Shown piece after piece: positions 25,271 through 32,788 of a DNA stretch of 64,000 nucleotides; position 1 is the stretch's first letter, and each line of letters starts with the position of its first letter. A program made the translations under genes and the position numbers. The notes beneath the pieces are model-generated. The model was not told the DNA's origin and did no database searches. It saw only the letters and a program-made list of their open reading frames with translations. This DNA is from an uncultured Pelagibacteraceae bacterium (GTDB lineage: Bacteria > Pseudomonadota > Alphaproteobacteria > Pelagibacterales > Pelagibacteraceae), in NCBI GenBank assembly GCA_902604525.1, contig CACKYY010000001.1, forward strand, positions 29,787-93,786, read 5' to 3'.

Positions 25271-26322
25271 TGTTTTCAAATTTAAGATCATTAATATTTA
25301 AAATAGATCCTGAACGAGCTCACTTTTTAGCAATACAGTCACTCAAACTCAACCTAGTTTCAAATATCTTTGATGACCATAAAAATGATCCCATTTTTAA
25401 GACAAAAATTTTTAACAAAGAATTAAACAATCCCATCGGGATAGCGGCAGGTTTTGATAAGAATGCTGAAGTCTACAACCCTTTATTTAAGTTGGGATTT
25501 GGATTGGTAGAAGTTGGTACAATTACACCTTTAAAACAATATGGGAATAGTAAACCTAGAGTTTTTAGATTAGTAGAAGACCTAGCACTTATAAATAGAT
25601 TGGGCTTTAACAATCATGGTTCAGATGTGGTATTGAATAGGATTAAATCAAATAATAAACTGGGAGTGTTAGGAATTAACGTTGGTCCTAATAAAGATTC
25701 TGATAATCGAATAAATGATTATTTAATAGGAATTGAAAAATTCCACGAAGTTGCAGATTATATTACTATTAATATCTCTTCACCAAATACTGAGAACTTA
25801 AGAAATTTTCATGATGAAAGAAAATTGCAGGATTTACTTAAATCTGTTTCAGAAAAGAAAAAAAGTTTAGATTCAAATATTCCAATAGTAGTAAAAATTT
25901 CACCTGATATAGATGAAAATCAGATAAATCTAATTTCAGAAATTCTTTTAGAAAATGATATAAGTGGAATAATTATTTCAAACACTTCAGAGTCATCTAG
26001 AGATATTTTAAAAAATATTCAAAGACATCAAAAAGGAGGATTGTCCGGAAAACCTATTGAGAAAAAATCAAATTTATTAATAAACAAGTTTTACAATCTA
26101 TTAAAAGGTAAAATTAAGATTATTGGAGTAGGAGGAGTAGACTCTGGACAATCAGCTTACGAAAAGTTTTTACTAGGTGCAGACTATATTCAATTATATA
26201 CAGGAATGGTTTTTCAAGGTCCAAATATAGCTAGTATTATTAAAAAAGACCTAAAAGAATTATTGACTAGAGATGGTGTAAAGAATTTTAGCGAAATTGT
26301 AGGAAATAAAACTCTTTCTTAA
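25270..26322 (+). CDS. pyrD: Dihydroorotate dehydrogenase (quinone, class 2)
   Basis: AAGFDKN, NRLGFNN, NISSPNT, KISPD, GGLSG. Confidence 0.96.
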   Translation: MFSNLRSLIFKIDPERAHFLAIQSLKLNLVSNIFDDHKNDPIFKTKIFNKELNNPIGIAAGFDKNAEVYNPLFKLGFGLVEVGTITPLKQYGNSKPRVFRLVEDLALINRLGFNNHGSDVVLNRIKSNNKLGVLGINVGPNKDSDNRINDYLIGIEKFHEVADYITINISSPNTENLRNFHDERKLQDLLKSVSEKKKSLDSNIPIVVKISPDIDENQINLISEILLENDISGIIISNTSESSRDILKNIQRHQKGGLSGKPIEKKSNLLINKFYNLLKGKIKIIGVGGVDSGQSAYEKFLLGADYIQLYTGMVFQGPNIASIIKKDLKELLTRDGVKNFSEIVGNKTLS

Positions 26323-26333
26323 TTCTAATAAAC

Positions 26334-26362
26334 TTGACGCCACCAACATCTAACCTTATATA
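26334..26362 (+). promoter_or_regulatory. Putative sigma70 promoter of rpmB-yhhQ
   Basis: TTGACG-17 nt-TATATA, 12 nt upstream of the ATG, no SD. Confidence 0.6.
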
Positions 26363-26374
26363 GGCACTACTATT

Positions 26375-26686
26375 ATGACAAAAAAATGTGAACTTACTGG
26401 AAAAATTCCTATGAAAGGTCATAACGTTAGTCACGCTAATAATAAAACTAAAAGAAGATTTTTGCCTAATCTTAAGAAAGTAAAGTTTACTAGTGAGCTA
26501 ATGAAAAGAAGCTTAAAATTAACAGTAAGTAATGCTGGAGTTAGATCAGTTGATAAAAAAGGGAGTTTTGACGAATATTTAAAGACTGTAAAAAATAAAA
26601 ACTTATCCCCAAGACTTAAAAAATTAAAAAAAGGTATTCTAATTAAATCCCCATTTAAGAAAAAACCTTTAGCAAAATCAGCGTAA
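26375..26686 (+). CDS. rpmB: 50S ribosomal protein L28
   Basis: [25 protein letters not shown]. Confidence 0.97.
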   Translation: MTKKCELTGKIPMKGHNVSHANNKTKRRFLPNLKKVKFTSELMKRSLKLTVSNAGVRSVDKKGSFDEYLKTVKNKNLSPRLKKLKKGILIKSPFKKKPLAKSA

Positions 26687-27234
26687 TGAATAGATTATTC
26701 TTATTTCTCTCATTTTTAATGGGAGTGGTTGTTTTATCCTCAAATTATTTAGTTCAATTCCCAATTAAATATTATGGTTTAGAAGAAATTCTAACTTATG
26801 GAGCATTTAGTTACCCAATAGCTTTTTTAATAACAGACTTAGCAAACAGATCTTACGGAAAATTGGTTGCAAGAAAAATTGTTTATATTGGTTTTGCGAT
26901 AGGAATAAGTTTTACTCTTATATTCTCAACAAATTTTGCAGATCTAATTTCAGTAAGAATTGCAATCGGTTCAGGAACAGCTTTTTTAGTAGCTCAACTA
27001 TTAGATGTCCAAATATTTGACCAATTAAGAAAAAAAAAGTGGTTTATTGCTCCTTTAACATCATCTCTAATTGGATCTACGATTGATACATTTTTATTTT
27101 TTTCAATATCATTTTATGCAACAGGTATTCCGTGGGTTACCTTATCTTTAGGAGATTTAGCAGTTAAGATACTCGTTGCCCTTGTTATGTTAATTCCATT
27201 CAGAATTCTTCTTGGTACTTTAAAACCGGTATAG
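26686..27234 (+). CDS. yhhQ: Queuosine precursor transporter (YhhQ/VUT family)
   Basis: SNYLVQ, YPIAFLITDL, AFLVAQLLDV, STIDTFLFF; multiple TM helices. Confidence 0.85.
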   Translation: MNRLFLFLSFLMGVVVLSSNYLVQFPIKYYGLEEILTYGAFSYPIAFLITDLANRSYGKLVARKIVYIGFAIGISFTLIFSTNFADLISVRIAIGSGTAFLVAQLLDVQIFDQLRKKKWFIAPLTSSLIGSTIDTFLFFSISFYATGIPWVTLSLGDLAVKILVALVMLIPFRILLGTLKPV

Positions 27235-27235
27235 T

Positions 27236-28306
27236 TTAGATTTTAGGCTCTGGTTGTGTCATACAATGAATAGCTCCAAAACCCCAAATGAGTTTAGAGC
27301 AGTCAATTGGTATAATTTTTTTATTTTTAAAAAATTTTTTAAAAATTAAAATTACTTTTTTATCATTTTTGTCATTAAAGATTGGTAATAGTACTATTTT
27401 ATTAGCAATATAAAAATTCAGATAACTTGCAGGAACTCTTACTTTTTCAATATATATAGGCTTAGGCATTGGTACTTCAATTATTTTAAATTTTTTTTTG
27501 TTTATATTTTTAGCGTTCTTTAAAATATTTAAATTTTCTTTTAAATTTTTATAATTCTTTTCATTTTTATTTTTTTCGACTGCAGTCATAATTGCGTCTT
27601 TGGAGACAAACCTTGAAATATCATCGATGTGTCCGTGTGTATCGTCTCCTTTAATCCCCTTATTAAGCCAAATGAAATTTTTAACATTTAAATATTTACT
27701 TAAAGTTTTTTCTAAAGATTTTTTTGTTATCCCGGGATTTCTTTCTTGTACTTTGCTTAAAAGACATTCTTTCGTTAGAAGAACTGATCCTTTACCATTG
27801 ACATCTATAGCACCTCCCTCTAATACTAATTTTTTTGTCTTATTATTAATCTTAATAACAGGATCTATTTTTTTTACTTTAGTTAAATTTGATAATTTAT
27901 TGTTGATATTGTTGTCTTTTTTATAATCTTTGTATTTACTCCATGCATTGAATTTAAAATTTACAATCAACTTTTTTTTGGCCTTTTCATTTATTATATA
28001 TATTGGACCAGAGTCTCTTAACCAAATCCGATTAGTGGTTATTTTGTAAAAAATAATATTTTGTAACTTATTAGGAAATTTACTTAATAAATTTATAATT
28101 TTTTTTTTGTCTTTATAATTATTTATTAATAAATTTATCTTTTGTGATCTTGATAATTCACTTATTATTTGTGTAACTACTTTTGGGATATTTTTAAACA
28201 GACCAGGCCAGTCACTTTTGTTGTGTGGCCAAGCTATCCATACACTCTCTTGCAACTCCCATTCTGCAGGCATTCTGTAGCCTATAAGAGATAAATTATT
28301 ATTCAT
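27236..28306 (-). CDS. aguA: Agmatine deiminase
   Basis: RMPAEWE, WLRDSGP, LEGGAID, DTHGHIDD, ASYLNF, GAIHCMTQ. Confidence 0.93.
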   Translation of the reverse strand: MNNNLSLIGYRMPAEWELQESVWIAWPHNKSDWPGLFKNIPKVVTQIISELSRSQKINLLINNYKDKKKIINLLSKFPNKLQNIIFYKITTNRIWLRDSGPIYIINEKAKKKLIVNFKFNAWSKYKDYKKDNNINNKLSNLTKVKKIDPVIKINNKTKKLVLEGGAIDVNGKGSVLLTKECLLSKVQERNPGITKKSLEKTLSKYLNVKNFIWLNKGIKGDDTHGHIDDISRFVSKDAIMTAVEKNKNEKNYKNLKENLNILKNAKNINKKKFKIIEVPMPKPIYIEKVRVPASYLNFYIANKIVLLPIFNDKNDKKVILIFKKFFKNKKIIPIDCSKLIWGFGAIHCMTQPEPKI

Positions 28307-29180
28307 CTTTAGGGTTTTTTAGAAGTCCTTTGTAATAATCTATTCTTCTATCTCTTAAAAATGGCCAATGATTTCTAGCTGTTTCAATTTTATTTAGATC
28401 AATGCTAGTAATTAAAATTTCCTCTTTATCTGATTTTGATTTCGCAATAATATTTCCACTGGGATCGATAATCATTGAGTTACCCCAAAAGTGTATTTTT
28501 CTTTTTCCAATTTTCTCTAAACCAATTCTATTTATAGCAGCAACAAATACCCCATTTGCTATGGCGTGAGATCTTTGGATGGTTATCCATGCTTCTAATT
28601 GGGATTTTCCAAACAGTTTTTTCTCTTTAGGGTGCCAACCAATCGCTGTTGGATAAAATAAAATTTCTGCTCCTTTTAGCGTTGTTAGCCTGGCAGCTTC
28701 TGGAAACCATTGATCCCAGCAAATCAAAGAACCAACTTTTCCATATTTTGTTTTTGTAGATTTAAAACCTAAATCTCCTGGAGTGAAGTAGAATTTTTCA
28801 TAATAACCTGGATCATCTGGAATATGCATTTTTCTATACTTTGATATAATTTTACCCTTGTCATCAATTACAATGCTTGTGTTATGATAAAAACCAGTAG
28901 TTTTTTTTTCAAATAAAGAAATCATTAAAACAACAGATAGTTCTTTGGCTAATTTACAATATATATCCGATAATCTACCTGGAATTTTTTCTGCTAACTT
29001 AAACTTAGCATGATTTTCACTTTGACAAAAATATGGAGATAAAAATAGTTCAGGAAGACATATTATTTTTGCTTTTTTTTTTGCTGCTTCTTTAATCTTA
29101 ATTACAGAATTTTCTATATTTTTATTCTGATTATCAAAAACTTTAGTTTGAATTAAACCAATTGTAGTTTTTTTTGCCAT
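28299..29180 (-). CDS. aguB: N-carbamoylputrescine amidohydrolase (nitrilase superfamily)
   Basis: Catalytic E-K-C in LPELF, YRKMHIPDDPGYYEKFYF, ICWDQWFPE; start MAKKTT at 29180; adjacent to aguA. Confidence 0.9.
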   Translation of the reverse strand: MAKKTTIGLIQTKVFDNQNKNIENSVIKIKEAAKKKAKIICLPELFLSPYFCQSENHAKFKLAEKIPGRLSDIYCKLAKELSVVLMISLFEKKTTGFYHNTSIVIDDKGKIISKYRKMHIPDDPGYYEKFYFTPGDLGFKSTKTKYGKVGSLICWDQWFPEAARLTTLKGAEILFYPTAIGWHPKEKKLFGKSQLEAWITIQRSHAIANGVFVAAINRIGLEKIGKRKIHFWGNSMIIDPSGNIIAKSKSDKEEILITSIDLNKIETARNHWPFLRDRRIDYYKGLLKNPKDE

Positions 29181-29187
29181 GAATTTT

Positions 29188-30228
29188 TTAAAAAATATTT
29201 GAAAAATTTTTCCGATCTCTACTCTTCCATTCTCCTCTATGGTAAGCATCACTAGCTATTAGAGGCAAAACACTTGTAGCTTCTGCAAAAACCATTTGTT
29301 CTTTCGTGATATCAACTTTACCCCAAGAGCTTGCCTCTTTTAAAGTTGAGCTACTGCATGCTCCATCTCTACTATCTGCAACTGTGATTTGAACAGCATA
29401 CTTATGCATATCAACATCTCTTCCTAAAAGTTCTGCACATATAACTGTATCTTGTATAAAATTCTTTGGTACTCCACCACCTATCATGAACAATCCCGAG
29501 CTTTTGGATTTAATCTTAATTTCAGTAAGTTCTCTAAATTCCCTGACAGAGTCAATTGTCATATGCTTTTTTGGATTTTTTTCCTGGTGCATTACTAAAC
29601 CAAATCCTGCACTAGAATCTGTAAAAGCAGGACAGAAAATTGGAACATCATTATCAAATGCTGTTTCGATTAATGAATCTTTCTTTTTTGAGTTCTTTTT
29701 CAGATACTTTCCCATTTCATGTATGAACTCTCTAGAAGTGTAACTCCTTGACTCCAATGTATTTGCTATATCACATATGATTTTGTCACACATTTGAAGC
29801 TCTTCCTCATCAATATAAGTGTCGTAAATTCTATCGATATAGTTATTTCTTAATTCAGAATCATTTTGAAACTGTGAGCCCTGGTAATGTTTAAAACCTA
29901 GCGCTTCAAAAAAATCCATATCTACAATTGAAGCTCCAGTTGCAACAATTGCATCGACCATATTATATTTAACTAAATCCTTATAAATATTCATACATCC
30001 TGCAGCTGATGTAGATCCAGCTAGAGTTAGGAAAATCGTACAATCTTTATCTTTCAACATTTCATTATAAATATTTGCTGCGTTAGCAGTCTCTCTAGAT
30101 ACGAAAGACATTTTTTTCATTGATGAGATTATCTTTCTTGCATCAAATGAAGTGATATCAATGTGTTCTACTGGGTTTTTTAAAAAATCTTTTTTACTAT
30201 TGTGACCCAAATTTTTTTGGTCTGACAT
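29188..30228 (-). CDS. Deoxyhypusine synthase-like protein (bacterial SpeY-type aminobutyltransferase)
   Basis: IDRIYD, PAFTDSS, IGGGVPKN, catalytic Lys in EASSWGK; sits within a polyamine operon. Confidence 0.88.
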   Translation of the reverse strand: MSDQKNLGHNSKKDFLKNPVEHIDITSFDARKIISSMKKMSFVSRETANAANIYNEMLKDKDCTIFLTLAGSTSAAGCMNIYKDLVKYNMVDAIVATGASIVDMDFFEALGFKHYQGSQFQNDSELRNNYIDRIYDTYIDEEELQMCDKIICDIANTLESRSYTSREFIHEMGKYLKKNSKKKDSLIETAFDNDVPIFCPAFTDSSAGFGLVMHQEKNPKKHMTIDSVREFRELTEIKIKSKSSGLFMIGGGVPKNFIQDTVICAELLGRDVDMHKYAVQITVADSRDGACSSSTLKEASSWGKVDITKEQMVFAEATSVLPLIASDAYHRGEWKSRDRKNFSNIF

Positions 30229-31412
30229 TAAGCAACCATGTTAGCTTTATTGCTATCTTTATCGTACATTGTCATTATTGGTTTATCTTCAACTTCATAA
30301 ATCTCATTTGAATAGTATCCATTGAATTGGGTTCTAAAAGTCAATCCATAAGCTCCAAGCTGACCAAGTTCTATGTAATCATTTTCTTTAATATTGTTTG
30401 GAAGCAAAAAAGGACCCTTCATATAATCCATGCTATCACATGTTGGGCCAAAAAAATCAAAAGCGGTTAATTTTTTAGAAATAATTTTATTTGAGTTATC
30501 TTTAATCATTTTTGATGGGTAAACAATATTTGGAGTACCAGCATCAAAAAGAGTACCGTATGTACCATCATTAATATAAAGCTTCTGTTTCTTTCTCAGG
30601 TTAACTTTAACAATTGTTGATCCACTTTCAGCAACTAAAGCTCTTCCAGGTTCGCAAATTATTTTAGGTAAATTTTTAATTTTTAAATTTTCTAGACTTT
30701 TTTTAATTTCATTAAAATAACTATTTAATGATTGGGGAATTAAATCAGGATAGATAGTTGGAAATCCACCTCCTATATTTATATAATCTGGAATTATTTT
30801 TGTTTTTTTAATTATATTTCCAATTTCAGTTATACCTTTTGAGTAAGAGATTGGATGCATACATTGAGATCCGACATGAAAACTCAAGCCAATTTTTTTT
30901 GCATGTTGTTTTGCCAATCTAGTTAAACCTATAGCCTCAGATGTTAAAGCTCCAAACTTTTTTGATAAGTCTATTTCTGCATGTTCGTTTGAAACTGCCA
31001 CTCTTACAAATAATTCTAAATCTTTTGCATTATTTGTACTTTCTATAATTTTGATTAATTCATCTTTAGTATCTAATGAAAACGTTTTAACATTATAATC
31101 AAAATAAGCTTTCTTAATACTCTCTCTACTTTTTACAGTATGCATATATGAGCATTTTGCATTATGACTAAAGTTTCTTATGGCTTTTATTTCTTCGATT
31201 GATGCAACATCAAATTGTCCTATTCCGCTATCTATTATAGTTTTAAGCACTAAAGGATTAGGATTTGTCTTTACAGCATATAAAACAGATCCTGAGAACT
31301 TCTTTAAAAAAAATTTTACAGCAGACTCAATTGAGCTTTTTCTAATACAATATACTGGTTTTTCAGGTTTCAGTTGATTTACAAGTTCTTCAACTGATTT
31401 AAATTTTTGCAT
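30228..31412 (-). CDS. Alanine-racemase-fold PLP-dependent ornithine/arginine decarboxylase
   Basis: YAVKTN (PLP Lys), FDVAS, SFHVGSQ, IGGGF, EPGR, GPTCDSMD, GAY; GGAGG SD before ATG 31412. Confidence 0.9.
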   Translation of the reverse strand: MQKFKSVEELVNQLKPEKPVYCIRKSSIESAVKFFLKKFSGSVLYAVKTNPNPLVLKTIIDSGIGQFDVASIEEIKAIRNFSHNAKCSYMHTVKSRESIKKAYFDYNVKTFSLDTKDELIKIIESTNNAKDLELFVRVAVSNEHAEIDLSKKFGALTSEAIGLTRLAKQHAKKIGLSFHVGSQCMHPISYSKGITEIGNIIKKTKIIPDYINIGGGFPTIYPDLIPQSLNSYFNEIKKSLENLKIKNLPKIICEPGRALVAESGSTIVKVNLRKKQKLYINDGTYGTLFDAGTPNIVYPSKMIKDNSNKIISKKLTAFDFFGPTCDSMDYMKGPFLLPNNIKENDYIELGQLGAYGLTFRTQFNGYYSNEIYEVEDKPIMTMYDKDSNKANMVA

Positions 31413-31576
31413 TTTTAATGCCTCCAAAAAAAATTTAACAAAAAAAAAGTCTTTTAAATAAAAAAACTTTAATATTTTCCGCATGTAAGGTTAAAAATCA
31501 CCAATGTAAAGCAAATAATTCAAGTCAGTGTTGTTAAATAATCATATATTGAAAAATTTAACATAGTTACCATATT

Positions 31577-32146
31577 ATGTTCATGAAAGAACAAGCAACA
31601 CTTCAAAACCTAAGTGATTTTGAGAATAAATCGCTATTGATTTGTGATGATGATAATCCTTTTAGAGAAAGATTGGCAAGAGCAATGGAAAAGAAAGGTT
31701 TTGAGGTTTTTCAAGCAGAGAGTGTACAGAAGGGCGTCGAAGCTGTTAAGGCAAGAAAACCTGGATTTGCTGTAGTAGACTTAAGGCTTGGGGATGGAAA
31801 TGGTCTTGAAGTGGTAAAGGAAATTCAAAACTCAAATAATGATAGTAGAATTATAATGTTAACTGGCTATGGAAACATTCCAACAGCTGTTGCAGCTATT
31901 AAAGAGGGTGCAATCGATTATCTTGCCAAGCCAGCAGATGCTGAAGATGTTGAAAAAGCCTTGTTAGCTGATCCATCAAAAAAAGCTGCACCTCCAGAAA
32001 ATCCCATGTCAGCAGACAGAGTAAAATGGGAACATATTCATAGGGTGTTTGAGCTTTGCAATAGAAATGTATCTGAAACAGCAAGAAGACTTAAAATGCA
32101 CAGAAGAACTCTTCAAAGAATTCTGTCTAAAAGATCACCTAGATAA
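31577..32146 (+). CDS. regA: RegA/PrrA/ActR family response regulator (start may be ATG 31583)
   Basis: Receiver domain VVDLRL, LTGYGNIPTAV; C-terminal WEHIHRV...NVSETARRLKMHRRTLQRIL. Confidence 0.95.
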   Translation: MFMKEQATLQNLSDFENKSLLICDDDNPFRERLARAMEKKGFEVFQAESVQKGVEAVKARKPGFAVVDLRLGDGNGLEVVKEIQNSNNDSRIIMLTGYGNIPTAVAAIKEGAIDYLAKPADAEDVEKALLADPSKKAAPPENPMSADRVKWEHIHRVFELCNRNVSETARRLKMHRRTLQRILSKRSPR

Positions 32147-32690
32147 ATTTTCTAACTTTTATAATTTGCTTAACTAATAATCCCAAAATGGCGATTTTGA
32201 ATACTTCAGCCAATAAAAAAGGTTTAGCTCCCAATGCGAAAATAGGCTTGTCCCATCCGATTAACGTACCTAACCACAATAATCCTAAAATATATATAGT
32301 TGAAGTTGCAATAACAAGTTTACCCAAAACAACAAAAAAACCATCCTCGAATTTAATCATAGATGCCAAATAACATGCTGTTAAGAATCCAATTAAATAT
32401 CCCATAGTTGGACCAGTAAAATATAAAAGTCCGACACCTTTTTCTGGAGAATTTGAAAAAACGGGTAATCCTGCAATTCCTTCAATTAAATACAATCCGA
32501 CAGTAGCTAATCCAATTTTATAACCTAAGCTAATACCTAAAAATAAGACTACAAAAGTTTGCATAGTCATAGGAACTGGGTAAAAAGGAATTTTTATTTT
32601 GGCAGAAATAGTCAAAGCTATTGAACCAAGAACTATAGCTAACACAGATTTAATTATTTTAAGTTGTGTAAGATTTTTTGTTAATTCCAT
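32139..32690 (-). CDS. bioY: BioY biotin transporter
   Basis: PVPMTMQTF, GLPVF, GPTMGYLIGF. Confidence 0.92.
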   Translation of the reverse strand: MELTKNLTQLKIIKSVLAIVLGSIALTISAKIKIPFYPVPMTMQTFVVLFLGISLGYKIGLATVGLYLIEGIAGLPVFSNSPEKGVGLLYFTGPTMGYLIGFLTACYLASMIKFEDGFFVVLGKLVIATSTIYILGLLWLGTLIGWDKPIFALGAKPFLLAEVFKIAILGLLVKQIIKVRKFI

Positions 32691-32788
32691 AAAATTAATA
32701 ATACTCTTAATTGTTAATATAATCTAGTGATTAGTAGATTAAATTAAAGTTTAGACTATATTGAGTATAAAACATTTAATAAAATTTA

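Noticed and set aside
29181-29252. Extended aguB start overlapping the DHS-like gene
   Set aside because: The nitrilase fold begins at MAKKTTIGLIQ (29180), 7 bp after the upstream stop
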